Origin: Dickeya dadantii NCPPB 898
GTDB taxonomy: Bacteria > Pseudomonadota > Gammaproteobacteria > Enterobacterales > Enterobacteriaceae
Length of the DNA: 32,000 nt
Assembly: GCF_000406145.1 (NCBI RefSeq)
Contig: NZ_CM001976.1
Location: forward strand, 407,876 to 439,875
Direction: 5' to 3'
Below, piece after piece: positions 8,767 to 19,975 of this stretch. Numbering within the stretch: position 1 is the first letter of the stretch; each line of letters begins with the position of its first letter. The position numbers were made by a program, and so were the translations under genes. Below the pieces are notes generated by a model. That model was not told the DNA's origin and did no database searches. It worked only from the letters and a program-made list of their open reading frames with translations.

Positions 8767-10386
8767 ATGTTTCGTAAGATAAAGATCCGCACAACGCTCA
8801 GTATTATGGTGTTCTCTCTGGCGGTGCTGTCATTGATTGTGGGCGTCCTGGGGTTGGTGGCCGTCCAGTCGGGTAATAAATCGTTTGCGCATGTGGATAA
8901 CGTGGTGTTGCCGGGGTTGGTGGCGCTGAATGAAAGCTCGGAATTGTTATTGCGCGCTCGTCTGGATTTACGGCTGTACGAATCCCTGATGGGGAAAGGG
9001 GACAAGGATGCCGCCACGGTGGCGCTTAAGCGCGCCAGAGGCAAAATTGATGATGCCGGCAAGAAGTGGCAGGAGTACCTGACCTATCCGCAATTCGAAC
9101 AGGAAAAGATCATTTCTTCCGATATGGCGGCGAAACGCGACACCCTGATGAATGAGTTCATCAACCCGGCGTTTATCGCGCTGGAAGCCGGCAATCTGGA
9201 TGACTATCGCCAGCGGGCGGGGAAATCCACCACGCTGTACGCCGATTTTGACGGCGCGGCGAAAAAACTGGTGCAGTACAAGCGCCAGAGCATCGACGAG
9301 GCTTACAGTGACTCGAATGCGCGCGTTAGCCGTATGCAGATGATCCTGTCGGTGGTGATTGTGTGCGCGCTGGTGCTGGCGGCGCTGGCCTGGTCTATCC
9401 TGACCAATCTGGTGGTGAAACCGCTCAATCAGGCGATTACCGTATTTGACCGGATTGCTGAGGGCGACCTGCGCGCCAAAATCGATATTCGCGGCAATAA
9501 TGAAATCGCCCAGCTGTTTGGTGCGGTGCAACATATGCGCGACGGGCTGGAAAATATGGTGCGGGCGGTGCGCAACGGCACCGACGCCATCAGTGTCGGC
9601 GTTGAGGAGATCGCCTCCGGCAACATTGATTTGTCCAGCCGTACCGAGCAGCAGGCCGCGTCGCTGGATGAAACCGCCGCCAGTATGGAACAGATTCTGT
9701 CGACGGTGGGCAACAATGAAGACAACACCCGCAAGGCGAACGATCTGGCGAAGAAAGCGTCGGATTCCGCTTCTCGCGGCGGTAACGTGGTGACGGAAGT
9801 GGTGGATACCATGCGGTCTATCCAGCAGAGTTCGGCCCGCATTTCCGACATCGTGGGCGTGATCGACGGCATCGCCTTCCAGACCAACCTGCTGGCGCTG
9901 AACGCGGCGGTGGAGGCCGCACGGGCGGGCGAACAGGGGAAAGGGTTCGCGGTGGTGGCATCCGAAGTGCGCACGCTGGCGCAGCGCAGCGCCACGGCGG
10001 CCAAAGAGATCGGCACCATGATCGATAATTCACTGAACCGTATCGAAAAAGGCGCCGGGCTAGTGGAAGTGGCCGGCAAGACGATGGATGAAATCCTGTC
10101 GGATGTTCGCAAAGTGGTGGATATCATGGGCGAAATCATGCTGTCTTCCGGCGAGCAGAGCCGGGGTATTTCGCAGATTAATATCGCCATCAACCAGATG
10201 GACGGCGTGACCCAGCAGAACGCCAGCCTGGTGGCGGAGGTGGCGACCGCCGCCAGTTCGCTGCAGGCCCAGGTGACGCATCTGCAACAGTCGATCGCCA
10301 GCTTCCGTCTCGACAGCGAGACGCAACCGATGCTGACCGGTAGCCTCAATGCACAGCCGCGCGTGGCGCTGGTCGGCGCGCGCTAA
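8767..10386 (+). CDS. Methyl-accepting chemotaxis protein
   Basis: An N-terminal TM helix is followed by a periplasmic helical ligand-binding region, a second TM helix, a HAMP domain and a signalling domain. The signalling domain has the invariant hairpin AFQTNLLALNAAVEAARAGEQGKGFAVVASEVRTLAQRS. Start ATG 8767 (MFRKIKIRTT, SD aggga) is preferred over the ORF-track TTG at 8704. Confidence 0.93.
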   Translation: MFRKIKIRTTLSIMVFSLAVLSLIVGVLGLVAVQSGNKSFAHVDNVVLPGLVALNESSELLLRARLDLRLYESLMGKGDKDAATVALKRARGKIDDAGKKWQEYLTYPQFEQEKIISSDMAAKRDTLMNEFINPAFIALEAGNLDDYRQRAGKSTTLYADFDGAAKKLVQYKRQSIDEAYSDSNARVSRMQMILSVVIVCALVLAALAWSILTNLVVKPLNQAITVFDRIAEGDLRAKIDIRGNNEIAQLFGAVQHMRDGLENMVRAVRNGTDAISVGVEEIASGNIDLSSRTEQQAASLDETAASMEQILSTVGNNEDNTRKANDLAKKASDSASRGGNVVTEVVDTMRSIQQSSARISDIVGVIDGIAFQTNLLALNAAVEAARAGEQGKGFAVVASEVRTLAQRSATAAKEIGTMIDNSLNRIEKGAGLVEVAGKTMDEILSDVRKVVDIMGEIMLSSGEQSRGISQINIAINQMDGVTQQNASLVAEVATAASSLQAQVTHLQQSIASFRLDSETQPMLTGSLNAQPRVALVGAR

Positions 10387-10416
10387 CCCATAGATAGACG
10401 TTAGAATTACATCAAT

Positions 10417-10455
10417 AAAAAGCCCCGCGATAACAAGCGGGGCTTTTACTTTTTG
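10417..10455. terminator. Bidirectional Rho-independent terminator between the convergent MCP and valS genes
   Basis: aaaagccccgc (10417-10428) pairs with gcggggctttt (10437-10447). An A-tract lies on one side and a T-tract on the other. Confidence 0.8.
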
Positions 10456-10523
10456 TCTCTCTCAGGCAAACACGGCATCAATCAAGACCGACGCAGCGTT
10501 GACTGCGTCAGTCGGCGACCTGA

Positions 10524-13382
10524 TTACAGCGCGGCGATGGTGGCCTGTTGTTCCAGCAGTTTGGCTTTGGCAACCGCGTAACCGTCGCGTTTTTCGCGCT
10601 CTTTGGCGACGACCGCTTCCGGCGCGCGCGCGACAAAGCCTTCGTTAGACAGCTTGCTGTCGATGCGGCTGATTTCCAGTTCAAGCTTCGCCACTTCTTT
10701 TGCCAGACGATCCAGCTCGGCCACTTTGTCGATAAGACCCGCCATCGGGATCAGCAGCTCAGCGCCATCCACCAGTTTGGTGACGGATACCGGGCCTTTG
10801 TCGCCGGCTGGCAACAGCGTGATGCTCTCCAGACGCGCCAGCGTCTGAATAAAACCGAGGTTGTCCTGCACGCGGCGGGTAGCATCGGCGGACGCATCGC
10901 GCAGCAGCAGCGTCAGTGGCTTGCTGGGCGCAATGTTCATTTCGGCGCGGATGTTGCGTACCGCGACGATCGCCTGTTTGATCCACTCCAGATCGTTGAA
11001 CGCCTGCTCGTCTTCCAGCGTGGCGTCAAAAGCCGGGAACGGCTGCAGCATAATGGTGTCGGCGGTCACGCCTTTCAGCACTTTCACCCGTTGCCAGATG
11101 GTTTCGGTAATGAACGGAATGATCGGGTGCGCCAGACGCAGCAGCGCTTCCAGCACGGTGACCAGCGTATGGCGGGTGCCGCGCAGTTCCGCGTCGCTGC
11201 CGCCGGTCATCACCGGCTTGGTCAGTTCCAGATACCAGTCGCAGAACTGGTTCCAGGTGAACTCGTACAGCACGTTGGCGGCCAGATCGAAACGATAGCC
11301 GTCCAACGCTTCGCGGTAGGTTTTTACCGTGCGGTTGAATTCCGCCAGAATCCAGCGGTCGGCCAGCGACAGCACTTTTTCCCCGCCGCCAGTAAAGCCG
11401 CAGTCCTGGTCTTCGGTGTTCATCAGCACGAAGCGGCTGGCGTTCCACAGCTTGTTGCAGAAGTTGCGGTAACCTTCCAGACGTTTCATGTCCCAGTTGA
11501 TGTCGCGGCCGGTAGAAGCCAGCGCCGCCAGCGTAAAGCGCAGCGCGTCGGTGCCGTGCGGTTCGATGCCGTTCGGGAACTGTTTCTCGGTGCGCTTGCG
11601 GATTTTCTCCGCCAGCTGTGGCTGCATCATGTTGCCGGTGCGTTTTTCCAGCAGCGCTTCCAGCGAAATACCGTCCACCATATCCAGCGGGTCAATCACG
11701 TTACCCTTGGATTTGGACATCTTCTGGCCTTCCTCATCGCGGATCAGGCCGGTCATGTACACAGTGTGGAACGGCACCTGCGGCTTGCCGTCTTCATCTT
11801 TGATGAAGTGCATGGTCAGCATGATCATGCGGGCAATCCAGAAGAAGATGATGTCGAAGCCGCTGACCATCACGCTGCTCGGATGGAAGGCTTTCAGCTC
11901 CGGCGTCTGTTCCGGCCAGCCTAGGGTGGAGAAGGTCCACAACCCGGAGGAGAACCAGGTGTCCAGTACGTCTTCGTCCTGATGCAATGCTACATCGGCG
12001 CTCAGGTTGTTGTCGCGGCGCACTTCGGCTTCATCACGGCCGACATACACCTTGCCGTTATCGTCGTACCACGCCGGAATACGGTGGCCCCACCACAGCT
12101 GGCGGGAGATACACCAGTCCTGAATGTCGCGCATCCAACTGAAGTACATGTTTTCGTACTGCTTCGGCACGAACTGAATACGGCCGTCTTCCACCGCTTC
12201 GACGGCCGGCTTGGCCAGCACGCCGGCACGGACGTACCACTGGTCGGTCAGCATCGGTTCGATGACTACGCCGCCGCGGTCGCCGTAGGGCACGGTCAGG
12301 TCGTGTGCTTTGATTTCTTCCAGCAGGCCCAGTTCGTCAAAAGCGGCCACCACCGCTTTACGGGCGGCAAAACGTTCCAGTCCGCGGAAAGCCTCCGGAA
12401 TGTCGCTGCTGTAGGCGGTGTTGGCTTCACCGTTGCTGCTGAAGACTTCCGCTTCCTGACGGATATCGCCGTCAAAAGTCAGGATGTTGATCATCGGCAA
12501 TTGATGGCGCTTGCCGACTTCGTAGTCGTTGAAGTCATGCGCCGGGGTGATCTTCACGCAGCCGGTGCCTTTTTCCATATCGGCGTGTTCGTCGCCGACG
12601 ATCGGAATGCGGCGGCCGACCAGCGGCAGGATCAGGAATTTGCCGATCAGATCCTTGTAGCGCGGATCTTCCGGGTTCACCGCCACGCCGGTATCGCCCA
12701 GCACGGTTTCCGGACGGGTGGTCGCCACCACCAGATAATCGTTGCCGTCGGCGGTTTTAGCGCCGTCCGCCAGCGGGTAGCGCAGGTGCCACATCGAGCC
12801 TTTGACGTCGCGGTTTTCCACTTCCAGATCGGAAATGGCGGTGCGCAGTTTCGGATCCCAGTTCACCAGGCGTTTGCCGCGGTAGATCAGGTCTTCTTTA
12901 TACAGGCGAACGAACACTTCCTTCACCGCGTTGGACAAGCCGTCGTCCATGGTGAAGCGCTCGCGCTCCCAGTCTACCGAGTTGCCCAGACGGCGCATCT
13001 GACGGGTAATGGTGCCGCCGGATTCCGCCTTCCACTGCCAGATTTTATCGATAAACGCATCGCGGCCGTAATCGTGACGGGTTTTGCCCTCTTCGGCGGC
13101 GATCTTGCGCTCCACTACCATCTGGGTGGCGATACCGGCGTGGTCGGTCCCAGCCTGCCACAGGGTGTTTTTACCCTGCATACGCTGGTAGCGGATCATC
13201 GTGTCCATAATGGTTTGCTGGAAAGCATGACCCATGTGCAGGCTGCCGGTGACGTTGGGCGGCGGGATCATGATGCTGAAGCTTTCCTGGCTGGTGTCGC
13301 CATGGGGCTTGAAGTAGCCCTGTTTTTCCCAGTGCTCGTACAGCGGCTGCTCAATGTCGTGCGGGTTGTATGTCTTTTCCAT
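10524..13382 (-). CDS. valS: Valine--tRNA ligase
   Basis: [26 protein letters not shown] is nearly identical to the E. coli ValS N-terminus. The HIGH-type motif is [14 protein letters not shown] and the KMSKS motif is [10 protein letters not shown]-terminal coiled coil is present. Start is at 13382 rather than the ORF-track 13391. Confidence 0.98.
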   Translation of the reverse strand: MEKTYNPHDIEQPLYEHWEKQGYFKPHGDTSQESFSIMIPPPNVTGSLHMGHAFQQTIMDTMIRYQRMQGKNTLWQAGTDHAGIATQMVVERKIAAEEGKTRHDYGRDAFIDKIWQWKAESGGTITRQMRRLGNSVDWERERFTMDDGLSNAVKEVFVRLYKEDLIYRGKRLVNWDPKLRTAISDLEVENRDVKGSMWHLRYPLADGAKTADGNDYLVVATTRPETVLGDTGVAVNPEDPRYKDLIGKFLILPLVGRRIPIVGDEHADMEKGTGCVKITPAHDFNDYEVGKRHQLPMINILTFDGDIRQEAEVFSSNGEANTAYSSDIPEAFRGLERFAARKAVVAAFDELGLLEEIKAHDLTVPYGDRGGVVIEPMLTDQWYVRAGVLAKPAVEAVEDGRIQFVPKQYENMYFSWMRDIQDWCISRQLWWGHRIPAWYDDNGKVYVGRDEAEVRRDNNLSADVALHQDEDVLDTWFSSGLWTFSTLGWPEQTPELKAFHPSSVMVSGFDIIFFWIARMIMLTMHFIKDEDGKPQVPFHTVYMTGLIRDEEGQKMSKSKGNVIDPLDMVDGISLEALLEKRTGNMMQPQLAEKIRKRTEKQFPNGIEPHGTDALRFTLAALASTGRDINWDMKRLEGYRNFCNKLWNASRFVLMNTEDQDCGFTGGGEKVLSLADRWILAEFNRTVKTYREALDGYRFDLAANVLYEFTWNQFCDWYLELTKPVMTGGSDAELRGTRHTLVTVLEALLRLAHPIIPFITETIWQRVKVLKGVTADTIMLQPFPAFDATLEDEQAFNDLEWIKQAIVAVRNIRAEMNIAPSKPLTLLLRDASADATRRVQDNLGFIQTLARLESITLLPAGDKGPVSVTKLVDGAELLIPMAGLIDKVAELDRLAKEVAKLELEISRIDSKLSNEGFVARAPEAVVAKEREKRDGYAVAKAKLLEQQATIAAL

Positions 13383-13395
13383 TATGCTCAAAAAG

Positions 13396-13845
13396 TCAGT
13401 GAGTTGGCGGCGTCGCCGTGGTCAATTGGAAGCCGACGCTGCGATAGGCCTTGTAGCGGTCGCGCGCCAACTGTTTCAGAGATTCTTCGTAAGGGACGAA
13501 GTCTATCACTTCATGGAAAGCGGTGGCAAAATCTGCGAACTGCGGCTGCAGGCTGATCAACAGGTCGCGCGGCGCGTTGCCGCGCTTCTGCGGCCAGGCC
13601 AGCTCCACCGGCGCGCCTTGCCGCGGCCCTTCTCCCGCCAGATTATGCGGCACGAATTCGTGAGGTTCGCGTTGCCACAGCGCCTCGTCCAGCCTCAATG
13701 CCTGCTGTTCATCCTCGCAGGCGATCAACACTCGCTGACCGGCACGCCAGCGCGCCGCCGCCAGGGAGCAGGCCAGCGCTTCGCAGGCGTTCAGCTCGCC
13801 GCTGGGGCGATCGTGATCAATAAGATAGAAGGTCGCGTTTTTCAT
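13396..13845 (-). CDS. holC: DNA polymerase III subunit chi
   Basis: [12 protein letters not shown]...[20 protein letters not shown]...[11 protein letters not shown]...[33 protein letters not shown] is colinear with E. coli HolC. Start is ATG 13845. The ORF-track extension to 13896 is not supported. Confidence 0.95.
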   Translation of the reverse strand: MKNATFYLIDHDRPSGELNACEALACSLAAARWRAGQRVLIACEDEQQALRLDEALWQREPHEFVPHNLAGEGPRQGAPVELAWPQKRGNAPRDLLISLQPQFADFATAFHEVIDFVPYEESLKQLARDRYKAYRSVGFQLTTATPPTH

Positions 13846-13959
13846 GGTGCTCCGCATACCGATGAGGGTCACAGACAGAATAACAAATCCCCGCAAGCGC
13901 GGGGATCAGGCCGTAAAGGGATGAATACGCCACCGGCCGGCGGTGGCGATTGCCGATGA

Positions 13960-15651
<1,692 letters not shown>

Positions 15652-15751
15652 TTAGCTACGAAGGTTGCCACAAATGAGTGTAAATGGCGAGTTAGCGAAA
15701 AAACTATCGACTTTCCTGCAAAAATACAAGTTTTCACAGGCGTAATTAAGC

Positions 15752-16870
15752 GTGATCATCATTCGATATCTGGTACGGGAAACCTTCAAGAGCCAGGTGG
15801 CCATTCTGTTTATCCTGTTACTGATTTTTTTCTGTCAGAAACTGGTGCGGATACTGGGCGCTGCCGTGGACGGCGACATCCCGACAAACCTGGTTTTGTC
15901 CCTGCTGGGGCTGGGCGTGCCCGCGATGGCGCAACTGATTCTGCCGTTGAGCCTGTTCCTCGGGCTGCTGATGACCTTCGGGCGGCTCTACGCTGAAAGC
16001 GAAATCACCGTAATGCATGCCTGCGGGCTGAGCAAAGGCGTATTGCTTAAGGCCGCGCTGTTGCTGTCGCTGCTGACGGCGTCGTTCGCCGCCGCGAATG
16101 TGTTGTGGCTGAGCCCCTGGTCGTCGCGCCATCAGGACGAAGTGCTGGCGGAGGCGCGCGCCAACCCTGGCATGGCGTCGCTGGCGGAAGGCCAGTTCCA
16201 ACAGACGCAGGACGGCAACTCGGTACTGTTCGTCGGCAAGGCGAATGGCAGTGATTTTGAACGGGTGTTCCTGGCGCAATTGCATCCGCGCGAGAACACC
16301 CGGCCATCGGTAGTGGTGGCCGATCGCGGAACGGTCGCGGCACGCGGCGACGGCTCCCAGGTGGTGACGCTGAGCAAGGGGACGCGCTATGAAGGCACGG
16401 CGATGCTGCGGGATTTCCGTATCACCGATTTCATCGATTATCAGGCGATTATCGGCTACCAGCCGGTTGCGCTCGATCCGAACAACGTCGACCAGATGGA
16501 TATGCAAACACTGTGGCGTTCGTCGGATATCGCCGCCCGAGCCGAGTTTCACTGGCGGTTGACGCTGATTCTGTCGGTGTTAGTCATGGCCATCATGGTG
16601 GTGCCGCTGAGTGTGGTTAACCCGCGTCAGGGCCGGGTGCTGAGCATGCTGCCCGCCATGCTGCTGTATCTGGTGTTCTTCCTGTTGCAGAGTTCGCTGC
16701 GCTCCAACGCCGGTAAAGGTAAGCTTGACCCGTTGGTGTGGATGTGGCTGACCAATCTGGGCTATTTTGCGCTGGCTATCGCCCTGAATCTGTGGGACAG
16801 CCTGCCGGCGCGTAAAATTCGCGCCAGCCTGAAATCAGCCAACGGCCAGAAAACGAAAGGAGCGGCCTAA
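15752..16870 (+). CDS. lptF: LPS export ABC transporter permease LptF
   Basis: GTG start. MIIIRYLVRETFKSQVAILFILLLIFFCQKLVRILGAAVDGDIP matches E. coli LptF closely. Confidence 0.97.
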   Translation: MIIIRYLVRETFKSQVAILFILLLIFFCQKLVRILGAAVDGDIPTNLVLSLLGLGVPAMAQLILPLSLFLGLLMTFGRLYAESEITVMHACGLSKGVLLKAALLLSLLTASFAAANVLWLSPWSSRHQDEVLAEARANPGMASLAEGQFQQTQDGNSVLFVGKANGSDFERVFLAQLHPRENTRPSVVVADRGTVAARGDGSQVVTLSKGTRYEGTAMLRDFRITDFIDYQAIIGYQPVALDPNNVDQMDMQTLWRSSDIAARAEFHWRLTLILSVLVMAIMVVPLSVVNPRQGRVLSMLPAMLLYLVFFLLQSSLRSNAGKGKLDPLVWMWLTNLGYFALAIALNLWDSLPARKIRASLKSANGQKTKGAA

Positions 16871-16871
16871 G

Positions 16872-17942
16872 ATGTTTCGCGTACTGGACCGCTATATCGG
16901 TAAAACCATTTTCAACACCATCATGATGACGTTGTTCATGTTGGTGTCGCTGTCCGGCATCATCAAGTTTGTCGATCAGCTACGTAAAGTCGGGCAGGGC
17001 GGTTACTCGGTGATGGGCGCCGGGCTGTATACGCTGCTCAGCGTGCCGAAAGACATTGAGATTTTCTTCCCGATGGCTGCGCTGTTGGGCGCGCTGCTCG
17101 GGCTTGGCACCCTCGCCACCCGCAGCGAGCTGGTGGTGATGCAGGCTTCCGGCTTTACCCGCTTGCAGATTGCCGCCGCGGTGATGAAAACCGCCATTCC
17201 GCTGGTGTTGCTGACTATGGCGATTGGCGAATGGATGGCACCGGCGGGCGAGCAGATGGCCCGCAACTACCGTTCCCAGATGATGTACGGCGGCTCGATG
17301 CTCTCGACCCAAGGCGGGTTATGGGCCAAAGACGGCAATGATTTTGTCTACATCCAGCGGGTGGCGGGAGAAAACGAACTAGCCGGCGTCAATATCTACC
17401 ACTTCGACAAACAAAGTAAACTGTTGTCGATACGCTACGCCGCATCGGCCCTGTATGAGAACGGCACCTGGAAACTGTCTCAGGTTGAAGAGTCCGACCT
17501 GCGCGACAGCAAACAGATTGGCGGCAGCCAGACGGTGAGCGGCGAATGGAAAACCAACCTGACGCCGGACAAGCTCGGCGTGGTGGCGCTGGATCCGGAC
17601 GCGCTATCGATCCGCGGTCTGTTCGACTATATCAACTACTTGCACCAGAGCGGCCAGGAAGCGAGCCGCTATCAGCTCAACATGTGGAGCAAGCTGTTCG
17701 CCCCGCTGTCGGTGGCGGTGATGATGCTGATGGCGCTGTCATTTATTTTCGGCCCGCTACGCAGCGTGCCGGCCGGCGTGCGTATCGTGATCGGCATCAG
17801 CTTTGGTTTTCTGTTCTACGTGCTGGACCAAATCTTCGGCCCGCTCAGTCTGGTGTACCACATTCCGCCGGTGCTGGGGGCGTCGCTGCCGAGCGCACTG
17901 TTCCTGTTTATCAGCATCATGCTGCTGCTGAAACGGCGCTGA
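16872..17942 (+). CDS. lptG: LPS export ABC transporter permease LptG
   Basis: VLDRYIGKTIFNTIMMTLFMLVSLSGIIKFVDQL matches E. coli LptG. The start lies 1 nt after the lptF stop. Confidence 0.97.
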   Translation: MFRVLDRYIGKTIFNTIMMTLFMLVSLSGIIKFVDQLRKVGQGGYSVMGAGLYTLLSVPKDIEIFFPMAALLGALLGLGTLATRSELVVMQASGFTRLQIAAAVMKTAIPLVLLTMAIGEWMAPAGEQMARNYRSQMMYGGSMLSTQGGLWAKDGNDFVYIQRVAGENELAGVNIYHFDKQSKLLSIRYAASALYENGTWKLSQVEESDLRDSKQIGGSQTVSGEWKTNLTPDKLGVVALDPDALSIRGLFDYINYLHQSGQEASRYQLNMWSKLFAPLSVAVMMLMALSFIFGPLRSVPAGVRIVIGISFGFLFYVLDQIFGPLSLVYHIPPVLGASLPSALFLFISIMLLLKRR

Positions 17943-17957
17943 TTCACCTTTCCCACT

Positions 17958-17990
17958 AAACGGGTGAGCTGCGGCTCGCCCGTTTTTTTA
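17958..17990 (+). terminator. Rho-independent terminator after lptG
   Basis: aacgggtgagc (17959-17969) pairs with gctcgcccgtt (17974-17984, one G-U pair), followed by a T-run to 17989. Confidence 0.8.
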
Positions 17991-18245
17991 TCAGCGCTAA
18001 ACCGCTGCGTTGGGCGTGGCGATGGTTGGTCTTCCATCGGTGCATGCCGGCAGTGATGAGGCGTGTTGTCCGGTATCAATGATGAAGGTCTGCCGCATCG
18101 CCGGGTGTGTCTTTTTAACGCGCGCCATTGCTCGCTGGCTTCAGGACACGTCGGGAATAATGCTACGACGGCAAGGCATTAAGACGATGAAACCTCGACA
18201 ACGGCGATTTTTTCAGCGCTCGCAACGCCATACGACGGATTGGGG

Positions 18246-18273
18246 TTGCGCCGGGCCCGCACCACGGTATAAT
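18246..18273 (+). promoter_or_regulatory. Candidate sigma-70 promoter of leuX
   Basis: The -35 element is ttgcgc (18246-18251). A 16-nt spacer precedes a perfect -10 tataat (18268-18273). A GC-rich discriminator follows, about 30 nt upstream of the mature tRNA 5-prime end. Confidence 0.5.
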
Positions 18274-18304
18274 CCACCACGTTTTCCGCAAAGTACTACT
18301 TCGT

Positions 18305-18389
18305 GCCGAAGTGGCGAAATCGGTAGACGCAGTTGATTCAAAATCAACCGTAGAAATACGTGCCGGTTCGAGTCCGGCCTTCGGCACCA
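18305..18389 (+). tRNA. leuX: tRNA-Leu (anticodon CAA)
   Basis: The 85-nt sequence gccgaagtggcgaaatcggtagacgcagttgattCAAaatcaaccgtagaaatacgtgccggttcgagtccggccttcggcacca matches my recollection of E. coli leuX. It has a 7-bp acceptor stem, a long variable arm and an encoded CCA. Confidence 0.97.
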
Positions 18390-18390
18390 A
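18372..18390 (+). repeat. attL-type core: 3-prime end of leuX, repeated at 24548-24565
   Basis: gtccggccttcggcaccaa recurs as gtccggccttcgcaccaa (one G deleted) about 6.2 kb downstream. Confidence 0.7.
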
Positions 18391-18403
18391 AATTCAAAAA
18401 TCA

Positions 18404-18427
18404 AGCCATCTTCGGGTGGCTTTTTTT
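18404..18427 (+). terminator. Rho-independent terminator after leuX
   Basis: agccatc pairs with ggtggct around a ttcg tetraloop, followed by ttttttt. Confidence 0.75.
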
Positions 18428-18608
18428 GTGTCCGCTATCGTCCATTGACTTCCATATATCATTGTTAAATAACTATTTATCCTGATTTTATTGTCTGGGT
18501 GGATTGTGCGTTTTTTCCACAGTGGTCTTTTTGCATCCGTTGTAATCCAGATTATTTGGGGGTCAAGATAAGGGTCAATTCGCTTCGATTATGAGTTGAC
18601 CCCCAATT

Positions 18609-19877
18609 ATGGCCCTGACTGACGTTGTTGCTCGTACCGCTAAGCCCCGCGAGAAAGCCTACAAGCTTGCGGATGCACATGGCCTGTACCTTCTGGTGAG
18701 TCCTAACGGTTCTAAGCGCTGGTATCTCAAGTACCGTTTCGACGGTAAGGAAAGCCGGATTGCTTTCGGTGCCTACCCGCTGATCTCGCTGGCGAAGGCC
18801 AGGGAGAAACGCAACGAGGTGCGATTACTGCTGTCAGAAGGCATCCACCCAACGGAAAAGCGGGAAGAAGAGAAAGAACAGGCACAGGATGCACTGAACA
18901 CCTTTGAAAAGGTGGCAAGAGACTGGCACCGAAACATCAGCCAAAACCGATGGTCACAAACACACGCCGGACGGGTATGGCGTGACATGGAGCGCAATAT
19001 TCTGCCTGCCATCGGCCAGCGCCACATCGCTGACCTGAAAACCAAAGACCTGCTTGAACCGCTTAAAGCCGTGGAGCAAAACGGCCATCTTGATTTGGCG
19101 TCGCGGCTACGCCAGCGCGTTACCGATATCATGCGTTACGCGGTACAAAATGACCTGATAGAGCGCAACCCGGCGCAGGATCTCACCGGGGCGATAGCTG
19201 CGCCAAAGGCAACGCATCGGCCAGCCTTGAAGCTCGATAAACTGCCTGGCTTTCTGGCACGGATTGAACGCTACAAAGGGCGAGCGTTAACCCGATTGGC
19301 TTTAAAACTCACCCTGTGCGTTTTTATCCGTTCCAGTGAGCTACGCTTTGCCCGTTGGCCGGAAATCGACTTTAAACGTGCGATGTGGACGATACCGCCC
19401 GAACGTGAAGCCATCCCCGGAGTGAAACACTCACAGCGTGGTGCAAAGATGCGCTCTGAACATTTGGTGCCGTTATCCCGACAGGCTTTAGCACTGTTGG
19501 AAGAGATTAAGGCTATCAGCGGCGCTCACGAACTGATCTTCCCCGGCGACCACCGACCAACCAAACCGATGAGTGAAAACACCATCAACAGTGCATTGCG
19601 AACAATGGGCTATGACACTACCACCGAAGTATGCGGACACGGCTTCCGCACGATGGCCTGTAGCGCGTTGGTTGAGTCCGGTCAGTGGTCGCGGGATGCG
19701 GTAGAGCGGCAAATGAGCCATCAGGAACGCAATGGCGTCCGTGCTGCTTATATCTATAAAGCGGAACATCTTGAGGAACGCAAGCTGATGCTGCAATGGT
19801 GGGCAGATTATCTGGATGCCAACCGGGAAGAGCATGTCGTGCCGTATGAGTTTATAAATCGTGGTGTAAAAGCATAA
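18609..19877 (+). CDS. Tyrosine recombinase, P4/CP4-57-type phage integrase
   Basis: 422 aa. The N-terminal arm-binding domain is MALTDVVARTAKPREKAYKLADAHGLYLLVSPNGSKRWYLKYRFDGKE. Catalytic-region motifs are IRSSELRFARW, HGFRTMA and VRAAYIYK (Tyr). It is adjacent to a tRNA gene. Confidence 0.95.
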   Translation: MALTDVVARTAKPREKAYKLADAHGLYLLVSPNGSKRWYLKYRFDGKESRIAFGAYPLISLAKAREKRNEVRLLLSEGIHPTEKREEEKEQAQDALNTFEKVARDWHRNISQNRWSQTHAGRVWRDMERNILPAIGQRHIADLKTKDLLEPLKAVEQNGHLDLASRLRQRVTDIMRYAVQNDLIERNPAQDLTGAIAAPKATHRPALKLDKLPGFLARIERYKGRALTRLALKLTLCVFIRSSELRFARWPEIDFKRAMWTIPPEREAIPGVKHSQRGAKMRSEHLVPLSRQALALLEEIKAISGAHELIFPGDHRPTKPMSENTINSALRTMGYDTTTEVCGHGFRTMACSALVESGQWSRDAVERQMSHQERNGVRAAYIYKAEHLEERKLMLQWWADYLDANREEHVVPYEFINRGVKA

Positions 19878-19975
19878 AAGACAATTATTTATAACAATAA
19901 ATCATAACTAATTAACGTTTATCTTTTCCCGATATTCTACTATTAGATAATAGTAATCATGGAAAGGTAAATGCT

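Noticed and set aside
9429-10349. 306-aa minus-strand ORF inside the MCP gene, plus similar antisense ORFs in lptF (15818..16552), pepA (14749..15333) and the sigma/GHKL genes (28358..28765, 29683..30360)
   Set aside because: All are fully embedded antisense to genes with strong homology signatures. They are Ser/Arg-rich and have no independent start context.
10548-13556. Plus-strand ORFs of 458 and 524 aa antisense to valS
   Set aside because: They are shadow ORFs. valS on the minus strand is nearly identical to E. coli ValS over its full length. The antisense translations are Arg/Gln/Ala-rich without motifs.
13846-13896. N-terminally extended starts given by the ORF track for holC (13896), pepA (15627), valS (13391), argI (4694), the antitoxin (24333), the MCP (8704) and ascB (2074)
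   Set aside because: Comparison with well-known E. coli N-termini, or with family N-termini, supports the internal ATG codons. Each of those internal ATGs is also preceded by a Shine-Dalgarno sequence.
13877-13947. Hairpins between pepA and holC (cgccaccg/cggtggcg at 13928-13948; ccccgc/gcgggg at 13889-13904) considered as a pepA terminator
   Set aside because: The first has no U-tract. The second has only a weak one (atttgttatt on the minus strand) and lies close to the holC ribosome-binding site. Evidence was too weak to annotate; it may be an attenuator at best.
18010-18336. 108-aa ORF spanning the lptG-leuX spacer and running into the tRNA gene, plus minus-strand ORFs 18163..18404
   Set aside because: They overlap the tRNA-Leu gene and its promoter and show no coding signature.
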